Source of the DNA: Pristiophorus japonicus
Taxonomy: Eukaryota
Length of the DNA: 64,000 bases
Direction of reading: 5' to 3'
NCBI RefSeq assembly: GCF_044704955.1
Contig: NC_091977.1
Coordinates: 223,014,001-223,078,000 of the forward strand
Positions 36,681-49,564 of the stretch are shown piece after piece. Under the pieces are notes generated by a model. The model was not told the DNA's origin, made no database searches, and saw only the letters and a list, made by a program, of their open reading frames with translations. The number at the start of each line of letters is the position of its first letter. Position 1 is the first letter of the stretch. The position numbers were made by a program, and so were the translations under genes.

Positions 36681-37236
36681 ACATAGAAACATAGAAACAT
36701 AGAAAATAGGTGCAGGAGCAGGCCATTCAGCCCTTCTAGCCTGCACCGCCATTCAATGAGTTCATGGCTGAACATGAAATTTCAATACCCCATTCCTGCT
36801 TTCTCGCCATACCCCTTGATCCCCCGAGTAGTAAGGACTTCATCTAACTCCCTTTTGAATATATTTAGTGAATTGGCCTCAACTACTTTCTGTGGTAGAG
36901 AATTCCACAGGTTCACCACTCTCTGGGTGAAGAAGTTTCTCCTCATCTCGGTCCTAAATGGCTTACCCCTTATCCTTAGACTGTGACCCCTGGTTCTGGA
37001 CTTCCCCAACATTGGGAACAATCTTCCTGCATCTAACCTGTCAAAACCCGTCAGAATTTTAAACGTTTCTATGAGGTCCCCTCTCATTCTTCTGAACTCC
37101 AGTGAATACAAGCCCAGTTGATCCAGTCTTTCTTGATAGGTCAGTCCCACCATCCCGGGAATCAATCTGGTGAACCTTCGCTGCACTCCCTCAATAGCAA
37201 GAATGTCCTTCCTCAAGTTAGGAGACCAAAACTGCT
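36679..37236 (-). mobile_element. Young CR1 3' fragment
   Basis: (acatagaa)3 tail; open RT C-terminus; nearly identical to 55412-55987. Confidence 0.93.
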
Positions 37237-37647
37237 CAGCGCGTCCGCAAAACCAGCACCAAATGTCCCGGCGGGGTGCTGGGAGCTGACCGCCTGGTCG
37301 GTACCCATTTCCACAGCCATTACCAGCCCTCTGGGACAGAGGCGACATCAGAATGAAAATCCAGCCCTTGGTCTTTCACTGATGATTTTCCTACCTATTT
37401 AGTCATGTTTGAGACAAACAGCTTTGCTCTGTTACCCGTGGATTGTGATTTGTTGATTTTGTATGAGCGCGATCTTTCAAACAATCGGGATCTTTTGATC
37501 CACAGTCACATTGGGTGTTACCCACCTTTCTTCCACCACATTCCTGAGACACAGGATACTTCTCCATTTTGTCATATTTGCCACGCATCTCTCCTGCTAT
37601 TCTGTTGTTGCCATTTACGCCTCCTCTAGACCCACCTTTTTTTTTTC

Positions 37648-38195
37648 AAAAGCAAAATACTGCAGATGCTGGAATCTGGAATAAAATCAGAAAATGCTGG
37701 AAATCTTTTGGATCAGGCAGCATCTGTGGAGAGAAAGCAGAGTTAACGTTTCGGGTCGATGACCTTTCGTCAGAACTGGAGAGTGTTCGGAAAGAACAGA
37801 TTCCTAACAAGCAGAGTGAAGGGGAAGGGGAAGAAAGAACAAAGGGGAAGGTCTGCGATAGGTTGAAAGACAGGAGAGACAAAAGCCCAAATTCAAATGG
37901 CAATGCCAGGAGTTAGAAAAAAATTTTTTTTTACTTCCTCCCATTATCACCTCCTTTTGCCTTGGACCATCGTCCCTTTTGTGATTTAATCTCTCCTGCT
38001 ACCACCCGATCACAGACCTTCCCTTTTGTTCTTTCGGTGCCCCTTTTCCTTGTATTTGCTAGAAAAACTGTTCATCATTAACATGTTCCACTTCTGATAA
38101 AAGGTCATCGCCCTGAAATGTTAACTCTGTTTCTCCCTCTACAGATGCTGCCTGACCGTTTCAAAAATTTCCAGCATTTTCTGCTTTTATTCCTA
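37648..38195. mobile_element. Inverted pair of Penelope-like element ends (pseudo-LTRs)
   Basis: 37648-37915 and 37935-38195 are reverse complements (cagatgctgcctga, ccagcattttctg, gaccttccc.tttgttcttt); each has a CTGAnGA...GAAAcGTT-like motif. Confidence 0.7.
37741..37777 (-). ncRNA. Minimal hammerhead-ribozyme-like motif
   Basis: Minus strand agtt CTGACGA aa-ggtc-atc-gacc-c GAAA CGTT aact: stem I agtt/aact, stem II ggtc/gacc, palindromic stem III. Confidence 0.55.
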
Positions 38196-38837
38196 AACTC
38201 AATGAAATGCGCGTTGATGTGAGACTTCTGATTAGATAGATAAGCAAAAGTTTGAAATGCTGTAGCTATTTAGATTGGGTCATTTTTGACATTGGTTCCA
38301 AACTAGCCAGGCTGGGTAATTTTCAACACTTTTATAAAATGAAAGTTCCCAACAATTACGGGTTTTCAATCTTTTACCTTTGAGTAACAAATAGGTACTA
38401 TATCTGTAGCCTAACTAAAGAGTGCTAAACTCCCAATCTCCTTCCACTTAACTGCTGAACGCACTAACTACTGCAAATAACTACATAGTTGAAACACCAA
38501 AGGAAAGCTTACAACAGCTGTGCAATTCGGGCATTCTACAGCTGTGAGTGTAACTTTAGCAAACTAAGCATCTGTGAGATTTTTGAGGGAGGGTGTGTGT
38601 GTGTGTGTGTGGGGGGGCTTGCTGATTCTGCACTGCCACACCAGAACGGACCTTTCCCCTCGTCACCCACGATGAGAAAATACAAAACACCCATAAATGA
38701 CAACATTACCACAAAAGATAAGAATCAAGTTCAGGTCTCGAACTTCTAATAATCTCAAGATTTCTAGCTTTGTTTTTCCAGCAATTTGTTGACATGCATT
38801 TTAGGAGATGGGACTGGATAATTATTTGCTGCAACAT

Positions 38838-39197
38838 TCAATGATTTTTAAATCCCTCCACGGCCTCACCCCTCCTTATCTCTGTGATCTCCTCCAGCCC
38901 CTGCACCCCTCCGAGATCTCTGCGCTCCTCCAATTCTGGCCTCTCAAACATCCCCGATTTTCATCGCTCCACCATTGGCGGCCGTACCTTCAACTTCTGG
39001 ACTTCTCTCCTGAAACCTCTACCTCGCTTTCCTCCTTTAAGACGCTCCTTAAAATCTACCTCTTTGACCAAACATCTGCCTTAATATCTCCTTATGTGGC
39101 TCGGTGTCAAATTTTGTTCGATAACGCTCCTGTGAAGCGCCTTGGGATGTTTAACTGTGTTAAAGGCACTATATAATTACAAGTTGTTGTTGTTGTT
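38838..39197 (+). mobile_element. L2 LINE 3' end
   Basis: IFKSLHGLTPPYLCDLL, RSLRSSNSGL, STIGGRTF, SSFKTLLKIYLF; (ttg)n tail. Confidence 0.88.
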
Positions 39198-39926
39198 TAC
39201 ATTTGGAGCCCAAATAACATTGTAGCGTGTTTAGTACATATGATGTAGAAATGTAATCTACTGTTTAATGCTTGATTAAGGATAACTGTGTTGCGGGGGG
39301 CAGGTGGGAGCTTGGGAACTGAACTTGCTTAGTATGGGGTGGCAAAGGGAGGGAGGGAGAGATAAAGATTCATCACGTGGCAGCTTAGAATGTGCAAATC
39401 CCCAGCTCGCTCTTTCTGAATCCTTTGACAATCGGGATATAACAAAGTAAAAATGTAATAAAGATTTGGTTTTATTGAGCGTGGACATGCTTTGCAATTT
39501 CACACATTCTCTCCATTCCGGTTGACTGGTTTACAATATTCCGTTTTCTAACAGCACTGAGAGTCAGCTCTGGAAATGACTCATGACACAAACATGCTAC
39601 GTGCTTTGAGAGTTGCCAGGGAACTCAGGGACTGAAGGGTTAGTGGTACAGCTGCCGTAGGATGGGGAGATTTTGAGAATGCCTGACAATCCTGAAGGAG
39701 GCCATGAAATAAACAAACACCAAGACTTAAAAGCCAAGCAGAGCTAAAAGTGAAGTGGTAAGTCCCTAACTGTCAAGTGCATTTGTTAATATAACTGACT
39801 ATTTTAGTAATTTGGGCTTAACACCAAACAAATCATGTCAGCTTGGAAAAAATTCAGATACGTTTTATTAAAATCTTCAGTAAAATAGCATTGGCAAATG
39901 CCAAAATGAAATGTATACAAATGAAT

Positions 39927-40385
39927 AGAAAGAAATATTTCCATATACGTAACATCTTTCACAGCCTCAGGACATCCCAAAGTGTCTTACAGCCAATGAA
40001 GTACTTTTGAAGTCTATCACTGTTGTGATGTCGGAAACACAGCAGCCAATTTGCACACAGCAAGCTCCCACAAACAGCAATGTGATAATGACCAGATAAT
40101 CTGTTTTAGTGATATTGGTTGAGAAATAAATATTGGCCAGGACACCAGGTAGAACGCCTCTGCCCTTCTTTGAAATCATGCCGTAGGACATTTCACATTC
40201 ACGTCAGGGGGCATACAGGGCATCTCTGAACCAAAAGACAGCACCTACTGCCATTGCAGCACTCCCCCAGCATTGGACTGGGGATATCAGCCTAGATTAT
40301 GTGCTCAAGTCTCTGGAGTCGGACTTGAACTCACAACCTTCAGACTACAGAAGCAAGAGTGCTACCCACTGAACTACAGCTGGAT
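39927..40385 (-). mobile_element. Deu-domain SINE, full length
   Basis: Tail, core and tRNA-like head in reverse complement. Confidence 0.85.
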
Positions 40386-40559
40386 TAGTAGTCCTTTGTG
40401 TGGAAACTCAGAGACATTATGCCACACAGTTTGAGAACAGCAACTTGCATCCATAGTTCTCCATTTTATAAATCGCTCTTCTCATCCAGACCATTGTGGC
40501 GGTACTTTTATTTTACAGGGAAAGAGGGGAATGTTAGATTGAGAATGATCCCAGGCCAC

Positions 40560-40982
40560 TTCTACTCTATGGAGTTCAGAAGAATGAGAGGTCATCTCAT
40601 TGAAACTTATAGGATTCTGAAGGGGATTGACAGGGTAGATACTGAGAGGTTGTTTCCCCTAGTCGGAGAGTCTACAACTCAGGGGCACAGTCGCAGGATA
40701 AGGGGTTTGGCCATTTAAGACAGAGATGAGGAAGAATTCCCTCACTCAGAGGGTTGTGAATATTTGGAATTCTCTACCCCAAAGGGCTGTGGATGCTGAG
40801 TTGTTGAGTATGCTCAGACTGAGATAGATAGATTTTTGGACTCTAGGAAAATCAAGTGATATGGGGATCAGATGGGAAAGTGGAGTTGAGGTCGAAGATC
40901 AGCCATGATCTTATTGAATGGCAGAGCAGGCTCGAGGGGCCGAATGACTGTCTCCTGCTCTTAATTCTTATGTTATGTTCTA
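40560..40982 (+). mobile_element. CR1 3' fragment
   Basis: YSMEFRRMRGHLIETYRILKG; ttcttatg tail. Confidence 0.88.
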
Positions 40983-41459
40983 ATAGACCAGTATTGGCAG
41001 AGACCTGGAAGCAGGTGCTCTGCACACATGCTGGGTGTGATTTTCACCGCCGCTCCCCCCCCACCATCCCCGTTTTGCAGCTAGAATGGAGCAGTCGCGC
41101 TGCAAAAATCAGGAAGCGGGGTTGGTGTGTGAACTTTCTGTCCATTCCCACTCCCAATCCATCTGTCTTCACATAGATGGCCTAGGCACCTGCCTATTTC
41201 AGATAGGAGCACATTTATGAGATGCAATTTGGGGCGCTATGCTGGATGTGATTTTGAGGTACCAATGGGTAGAGCGTGATCCCAAGAAGGGTCAGTTTTC
41301 GGACTTTTCCAAACACGGGTTAGTTGTGTTTTTCTTTTACCGATTCCTGTGAGGCCAGGAGGAGCATTGATGAAAACTTTCCAGGCCACTTCCAGATGAT
41401 CCTTGCGACTCCTCCCCCCACTCAACCTCCGCCCCCTCCATCTATCCTTTTAATAATGA

Positions 41460-41797
41460 AGTGCGCAGTTCCGATCTCCATATTTAGAAAAGGATATAGA
41501 TGCACTAAGGAAAGCGCAGCAGAGATTTACAAGGATGATATCTGAACTGAGAGGTTACAACTATCAACAAAGATTGAAATGGCTGGGGCTCTTTTCTCAA
41601 GACAGAAGAAGACTGAAGGGCGACCTGATAGAGGTCTTTAAAATTATAAAGGGGTTCGATAGGGTAGACGTAGAGACAGTGTTTCTAAATGTGGGGGGAG
41701 TCCAAAACTAGGGGGCTATAAATATAAGAGTGTCACTATTAAATCCAATAGGGAATTCAGGAGAAACTTCTTTACCCAGGGAGTGGTGAGAATGTGG
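41460..41797 (+). mobile_element. Old CR1 RT fragment, followed by a short antisense L2 piece (~41798-41865)
   Basis: gcagttccgatctccatatttagaaaggatata...agggcgacctgatagaggtc...agaaacttctttacccag. Confidence 0.75.
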
Positions 41798-42607
41798 AGG
41801 TTTAGCGAGGGACTTCCAGAACTTAGGGCCTAGGCAGCTCAAGGCACAGCCACCAACGATGTGGCAAAGCAAATAGAAGAATAGACATAGAGACCTGACA
41901 AAGACAATTGTGTATAACAAAATACCCCAAAGAACTGCTTAGCTCTGTGATGGCCATGTACTTAAATATTATTCACAACTGTTTGGCATAGTTTAAATAC
42001 ATTAAATATTTCTTGTATACTGAGCGCGATACTAAAAGGGTTCAAGCTATAAAATAGGTACCAAGGGTTCCACTGTGCCTGTTAATGATTCCCTTAATAG
42101 TTGCTCTAAGACATGTCTCCTAAAAGGGAAGAGAAGTCAAGAATTTCTGGCATGTGTGCCCACGCAGCAACAGTGCAAAGGATGGCAACCGATAGATCAG
42201 CAGAAGGTATAAAGATATCTCAAAAGTATGATCGTGCTATAGCAGATCTCAATAAGTATTATGGGCCAGCTTTTAATCTCAGCACAGGGCAACAAATATC
42301 ATTCAGGTGGGCACAAAAAAATATTATTTTGTGCCTATCGGTAAGCTGAACAAGAATGTTGGCCCCTGTCAGTGCTGTTCCGATCTCTCCACTATCTCTG
42401 TGAGTTCCCAGTCTTCGATGAGCTATCATTTCCTCCAGCTAAACGTTAGAAGATTGAAGCCACCTGGGTAATAATTTGTTCTGCTCCGTTTTCGGGGACA
42501 TAATCAATGGTGTGTTTCCAGCGCATGACTGAACCGGGAGGGCTATTGGGCCTTGTTTTGATCATTCGGGGCAAACTGCCAGTGCTTCTCGTGCTCGTGT
42601 GGCTCGA

Positions 42608-43125
42608 TCCCTCCCTCCCCACTCCCCCCCTCCCCATTCCCTCCCCTCCCCATTCCATCCCCTCCCCACTCCCTCCCTCCCCACTCCCCCCTCTCCACTC
42701 CCCCCCATTCCCTCCCCTCCCCACTCCCTCCCTCCCCATTCCCTCCTCTCCCCACTCCCTCCCCACTCCCCCCTCCCCATTCCCTCCCTCCCCACTCCCC
42801 CCCTCCCCATTCCCTCCCCTCCCCACTCCCTCCCTCCCTCCCCATTCCCTCCTCTCCCCACTCCCTCCCCACTCCCTCACTCCCCATTCCCTCACTCCCC
42901 ATTCCCTCCCTCCCCACTCCCTCACTCCCCATTCCCTCCCTCCCCACTCCCCCCTTCCCATTCCTTCCCTCCCTCCCCATTCCCTCCCCTCACCACTCCC
43001 TCCCCACTCCCTCTCTCCCCACTCCCTCCCTCCCTCTCCATTCCCTCCCTCCCCACTCCTCCTAATTCCTCCCGACTCCTTCCACTGCTTCCAACTCCTC
43101 CTGACTCCTCCAACTCCTCCCAACT
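42608..43125 (+). repeat. C-rich low-complexity tract (ctccccactccc / ccccattccc units)
   Basis: About 500 bp with almost no G on the plus strand. Confidence 0.95.
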
Positions 43126-43177
43126 GCACAGGAAGGTAAGCAAAAGGGAACATTTTTTTTTGGTAGTGGACACTTGT

Positions 43178-43530
43178 TACATAGGAACAAGAGGAAGCTA
43201 TTTAGCCCCTTGAGCCATTCCGCCATTCAATTAGATCATGGCTTCTGAATCATAACTCCATCCAGCCACCTTGGTCCCGTATTCTTTAATACAGTTTTGA
43301 AATTTTCAACTGATCCCCAGCCTCAACTGCTTTTTGTGGGAGAGCGTTCCAGATCGCCACTACCCTTTGTGGGAAGAAGTGCTTCCTGTTTTCATCCTTG
43401 ACTGCACTAGTTCTAATTTTAAAGTTATGCCCCCTTGTTCTGGATTCCCCACCAGAGGAAATTGTTTCTCTCTATGCACCCTATCGACTCGTTTACTCAT
43501 CTTAATCACCCCAATTAGATCACCCCATAA
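43178..43530 (-). mobile_element. Old CR1 3' fragment
   Basis: acataggaacaagaggaagctatttagcccc UTR; GDLIGVIKM..VDRV.REKQFPLVG. Confidence 0.75.
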
Positions 43531-44063
43531 TTTTAGATGCAGAAATCCCACCATAGCCTTGGGCAAGCTGGCCCAATACAGGCTCCATGGAATGTTGAAG
43601 ATTTTGGTGAATAGGAGGCCATTTAAACGTGTGTCAGGCACTGCAATTTATTTGCTTCATGGGTTCATTGCTTCAGAATTCATACCAACACAATGCTTTT
43701 GAGAACTAGTTGGTTTATCAACAAAGGTTTAACAATCACACCAGTTCATCCACAAGGCCCACAACTGCATACCTCATCGTAGATGACCTGGACTCAATTG
43801 ACTGGAGTTTTATTGAGTCTTGTAAAATGATGTGACTGGCTAAGCCACTCACAATGCAACAGCTCTACAACTCTTTTACATTATAACTTTAAGCAAAGTG
43901 CCCCCTTTGGTAAAGGGGCACAATGACCAGAGACCACCAATTAACAAATAAACGTTAAAGTGAATGGTAACCAGTCTAATTAAAATTCTCTTCCCTGTTG
44001 TAATGATGCACTCCAGTCCCAAGGCCTCGAGCGTACTGGTAGACACCGTGTGCTCCATCTGCA

Positions 44064-44503
44064 GGGAGGGTGCGGGGGAAGAGGTGGGGGAGGGTGCGGG
44101 AGAGGGGTTGGGGGAGGGTGCGGGGGAGGTGGGGAGGGGGGAGGGTGGGGCGAGGTGGGGTGTGTGGCAGGCTGGGAGACTGCGAAGGAGTCAGGGGAAG
44201 GCGGGGAGCATGCGGGGGAAGTGGGAGAAGGCGGGGTGGAGGGGGGGAGGTGGGGATGGTGTGGGGAGGGTAGGGGAGGCAGGTGGGAAGTGGGGTGTGG
44301 GGGAGGTGAGGGAGGAAGGGGGGAGGCGGGGAGGATGTGGGGAGGTAGGAGAGGGTATGGGGAGGTGGGGAGGGAGCGGGGGAGGTGGGGTTGATGTGGG
44401 GAAGGTGTAGGTGAGGGGAGGCGGCGGAGGCGGCGAGGCAGGTGTAAAGGCCAGGAGGGTGTGGGGGAGTCGGGGAGGCAGGGGAGGCGGGGAGAGCGTG
44501 GGG
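44064..44503 (+). repeat. G-rich low-complexity tract (ggggaggt units)
   Basis: About 440 bp of G3-G6 runs. Confidence 0.95.
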
Positions 44504-44967
44504 AACCCTGTAGTGGGCGACAAACCCAGCAAGACCGGGAAGTGGACAAAACTTAGCAGATCGACTACTTGACAGGTGGGCAGTCGCAGTGAATCTGGTG
44601 GCAGGAGGTAGCAGGCGGGGTCCCGTAGCAACGGGCCTGCCTGCTCCACTCCTGGCCCACCAATATATCAAAAATAAAACCTTTAAACTTACCTGCTTGG
44701 GCCTCATCTGGTCTAAGATCTGGCTCCTGATATGGCTGGCCTGACTGGGGACACAACACTGAATCCCCAACCCCCTCCCTCCCCCCGACCCAAGGAGGGG
44801 CTTCAGACTAAAATTACAGACCAGGTCCTGCTGACAAAACCAGAGCTGATCTGCATGTTTCCAGCAGGACCTTGCTTCCTTCCCACAGGCGAGCCGCTTG
44901 CCTGCTCGAAGGAGCAGATTAACATGGGGACACGGCAAGAAGGCACCGGGACCAGAGGAGGTGGGTG

Positions 44968-47900
44968 TATTGTGTTCCTAACACAGATGAGGCTGCACAC
45001 AGGGAGGTTAAAGTAACAGTGACCTCAGTCTTTAATAAGACACTCCAGAGTGAGGAACAGGCCTTAGGGGCCGGCTTATATACAGTGCTCCCAAGGGGTG
45101 CTGGGATCCCTTGGGACTTCAGGGGATGAGCTCCCTGGTGGCAGAACATGGGAGTGCATGCTTTACAGATACACAACATCGCTCCCCCCCCCAAAGTCAA
45201 AGTGAAAATTATTTACAAGGTGAGGTGGAGGAGCCTTTCTTTCCCTGGTGGACAACCTCGGTACAAATGTCGGTTCTGGTGTGTTGGCTGTGCCCTCGCT
45301 GGGCTGGCGTGTTGTTGGCCCTGCAGGGCTGCTAGGTGAGCCTGGCCTTGCTGGGCTGTTGGGCATTATGGGTTCGATTTCCTGGTCTGGCGTGGTGTCG
45401 TTGATCCTTTGGGTGTGTGATGTGGACTCGAAAAAGGTGGTGTCTGCTGTGGGTTGTTCAGGGCGGTCTGTGAACGGCAGCCTCATTTGGTCCAGATGCT
45501 TTCTGCAAATTTGTCCATTGTCTAGTTTGACTACAAACACCCTATTCCCTTCTTTAGTTATCACCATGTCCGCGATCCACTTGGGACCATGTCCATAGTT
45601 TAGCACATACACAGGGTCATTCAGATCAATTTCCCATGACACAGTGGCGCGACTATCGTTTACATTTTGTTACTGCCGCCTGCTCTCTACCTGATCATGC
45701 AGGTTGGGGTGAACCAGCGAGAGTCTGGTTTTAAGTGTCCTTTCAATGAGTAGCTCAGCCAGGGGCACCCTTGTGAGCGAGTGGGGTCTCGTACGGTAAC
45801 TGAGCAGTACTCGGGACAGGCGGGTTTGGAGTGAGCCTTCTGTGACTTGTTTAAGGCTCTGTTTGATGGTTTGTACTGCCCGCTCTGCCTGCCCATTGGA
45901 GGCTGGTTTAAACAGGGCCGAGGTGACATGTTTGATCCCATTGCGGGTCATGAATTCTTTAAATTCGACACTGGCAAAACATGGCCCGTTGTCACTGAAC
46001 AGTATGTCAGCCAGGCCGTGGGTGGCAAACATGGCCCTAAATCTTTTAATGGCAGCGGTGGCGGTGCTTCCCGACATTATTTCACATTCAATCCATTTTG
46101 AAAAAGCATCCACCACCACCAGGAACATTTTACCGAGAAACGGGCCCGCATAGTCGACATGGATCCTCGACCATGGTCTGGAGAGCCAGGACCACAAACT
46201 TAGTGGTGCCTCTCTGGGCGCCTTGCTCAACTGAGCACATACGCTGCATTGCCGTACACAGGACTGTAAGTCAGAGTCGATACCGGGCCACCACATGTGG
46301 GATCCGGTTATCGCTTTCATCATTACTATACCCGGGTGTGTGCTGTGGAGATCCGAGATGAATGTCTCCCTGCCCTTTTTTGGTAGCACTATGCGGTTAC
46401 CCCACAACAGGCAGTCTGCCTGAATGGACAGTTCGTCCTTTCGCCGCTGGAACAGCTTGATTGGCTCTTGCATTTCAACGGGGTGCTGGCCCAGCTCCCA
46501 TGCAGTAAACAGATTTTTATTAGGGACAGCAGAGGATCTTGGCTGGTTCAAGTCGTAAGCTAGCGGGCTGTGACACGTGATTTATCATTTTCAAACGCTT
46601 CCATGACCATCAAAAAGTCTGCGGGCTGCGCCACCATCAACAAGTTTGCAGGCTGCGCCATTTCCACCCCCGTGGTGGGCAATGGTAGCCGACTGAGAGC
46701 ATCCGCACAGTTCTCGGTGCCTGGCCTGTGGCGGATGGTATAGTGAAACGCTGCTAGCTCGAGTGCCCACCTTTGTATGCGGGCTGAGGCATTAGTATTT
46801 ATCCCCTTGTTTTCAGCGAACAGGATGTGAGGGGCTTGTGATCGGTTTCCAGCTCAAATTTCAGGCCAAACAGGTACTGATGCATTTTCTTTACCCCGAA
46901 CACACACGCTAATGCCTCTTTCTCAATCATGCTGTAGGCCTTCTCGGCCTTAGACAAGCTCCTGGAAGCATAGGTGACAGGTTGCAACTTCCCCACAACG
47001 TTAGCTTGTTGTGATACACACCCGACTCCGTACGACGATGCGTCACATGCTAGCACAAGTCTTTTACACGGGTTATACAATATAAGCAGCTTGTTAGGGC
47101 ATGAAATGTTTCTGGCTTTCTCAAAAGCAATTACTTGCTTTTTTCCCCAAACCCAGTTCTCACCTTTGCGCAATAACACATGTAGGGGCTCTAAAAGGGT
47201 GCTTAACCCCGGTAGGAAGTCACCAAAATAGTTGAGGAGTCCCAGGAACGACCGCAGCTCCGTGATGTTCTGTGGCCTGGGCGCGTTCCTGATAGCCTCT
47301 GTCTTGGCGTCTGTGGACTGAATGCCGTCCGCTGCGATCTTTCTCCCCAAAAACTCCACATCTGTTGCGATGAAGACGCATTTCGACCTCTTCAGCCGCA
47401 GCCCTACGCGATCCAGTCTCCTCCAGGTTTTGTAGGTGCTCGGCGGTGTCCCGACCCGTGACCAATATGTCGTCCTGAAAGACCACCGTGTGTGGTACCG
47501 ATTTGAGTAGGCTCTCCATGTTTCTCTGGAAGATCGCGGCAGCCGACCGAATTCTAAATGGGCATCTGTTGGAGATGAACAGTCCCTTGTGCGTGTTGAT
47601 GCAGGTGAGGCCCTTCGAAGACTCCTCCAGCTCCTGCGCCATGTAGTCCGAAGTCAGATCGAGCTTGGTGAACGTCTTGCCTCCTGCCAGCGTCACAAAT
47701 AGGTTGTCTGCCTTAGGTAGCGGGTATTGGTCCTGTAGCGAGAAACGATTAATAGTTACTTTATAATCGCTGCAAATCCTGACCGTGCCATCGCTTTTGA
47801 GTACTGGAACAATCGGGCTGGCCCACTCGCTGAATTCCACTGGGGAGATGATGCCCTCGTGCTGCAGCCTGTCCAGCTCGATTTCCACTCTCTCCCTCAT

Positions 47901-49564
47901 CATGTGAGGTACCGCACACGCCTTGTGGTGAATGGGTCGTGCCTCTGGGACCAAGTGGATCCACACCTTCGCCCGGAAAAGTTTCCAATGCCTGGCTCAA
48001 AAAGGGAAGGAAATTTGTTCTGAACCTGGGTACATGAGGCCTCATCGACATGTGATAGTGCCTGGATGTCATCCCAGTTCCAGCGGATTTTGCTCAGCCA
48101 GCTCCTTCCAAGCAGTGTGTAGCCATCGACCGGGACAATCCAGAGTGGCAGTTCGTGCACCGTGCCCTCGTAGGTGACCTTGACCATGGCACTGCCCAGG
48201 ACAGTGATAAGCTCTTTGGTGTACGTTCTCAGTTTCGTGTGGATGGGGCTCAGGGCTGGTCTGAATGCCTCATTGCACCACAGTCTTTCAAACATCTTTT
48301 TACTCATGATGGATTGGCTAGCGCCAGTGTCCAGTTCCATGGCTATGGGTAAGCCATTCAATTTTACATTTAGCATTATAGGTGGACATTTCATCGAAAA
48401 TGTGTGTACCCCGTGTACTTCAGCATCTGCCTCCTCTCTCTGAGGCTCAAAATTGCTTTGATCCACCATGGACCGATCTTCCTCTGCCACGTGGTGGTTA
48501 GCAGGTTTTGCAGAGCTTGCAGCTCGTTTGCAAGCTCGTTGGAGGTGCCCCATTGTTCCACAGCTCTTGCAAATATACCCTTTGAAGCAGCATGAAAAGG
48601 CTGAATGCAAGCCTCCACAATGCCAACAAGGTGTGAATTGCCTTGCATTCATCCTTTGTTGGGGACTCTGAGGCATCTGAGTCACCTGAGGCCTGCTGGC
48701 AGTTGCAAACTCGTGGGTTCTACCTTGTACATTTCTGCTCGCAAACACAGTTCCAGTTAATTTATGAACATTGCTAGCACTTGTGTGCTGAGAGATTTGT
48801 TTGGTGTTATCACTGGTGAACATAAACGCCTGTGCTATCGCAATGGCTTTACTGAGGGTCGGTGTCTCTATCGTCAAAAGTTTACGTAGGATGGTCTCGT
48901 GGCCAATGCCCAGTACAAAAAAGTCTCTGAGCATTTGCTCCAGGTAGCCATGAAACTCACATTGTCCTGCAAGTCGCCTTAGCTCGGCGAAGTAGCTCAC
49001 AACTTCCTGACCTTCAGATCGCTGGCACGTGTAGAACCGATACCTCGCCATCAGCACGCTCTCCCTCGGGTTAAGATGCTCCTGAACCAGTGTACACAGC
49101 TCTTCATACGACTTATCTGTGGGCTTCACCAGAGCCAGAAGATTCTTCATGAGGCTGTAGGTCGGTGCCCCGCAGACTGTGAGGAGGACCGCTCTCCTTT
49201 TTGCAGCGCTTACTTCTCCATCCAGCTCGTTGACTACAAAGTACTGGTCTAGCCATTCGACATAGGCTTCCCAGTCCTCACCCTCCGAGAACTTCCCCAG
49301 GATGCCCACAGTTTGCTGCAACTTTGCGTTGGATTCGTATTCTCGTCGGCAGTTATTGTGTTCCTAACACACATGAGGTTGCACACAGGGAGGTTAAAGT
49401 AACAGTGACCTCAGTCTTTAATAAGACACTCCAGAGTAAGGAACAGGCCTCAGGGGCCGGCTTATATATAGTGCTTCCAAGGGATGCTGGGATCCCATGG
49501 GACTTCAGGGGATGAGCTCCCTGGTGGCGGAACATGGGAGTGCATGCTTTACAGATACACAACA
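44968..49564 (-). mobile_element. Complete Gypsy (Mag-like) LTR retrotransposon, related to 18672-22999
   Basis: 211 bp LTRs 44968-45178 and 49354-49564 (9 differences counted); flanking ggtg/ggtg; PBS-like tgccgacgag; PPT gggggggggagcga. Confidence 0.97.
45213..49321 (-). pseudogene. Gypsy gag-pol, disrupted
   Basis: 473-aa Gag-protease ORF (CKSCGTMGHLQRAC, LDTGAS), RT (WASPIV, VFQDDIL), RNase H (CDASSYG, ETDHKPL), integrase (HVDYAGP, SNGQAER). Confidence 0.96.

Noticed and set aside
42113-42349. ORF with TPR-like KYDRAIADLNK
   Set aside because: A single short match with no second repeat or clear splice context.
43700-43869. Possible 170 bp solo LTR (tgagaac...ctctaca)
   Set aside because: TSD only 3/5 and no second copy in the window.
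42446-44938. Long Pro-rich and Gly-rich ORFs (up to 320 aa)
   Set aside because: Artefacts of stop-free low-complexity C/G tracts.
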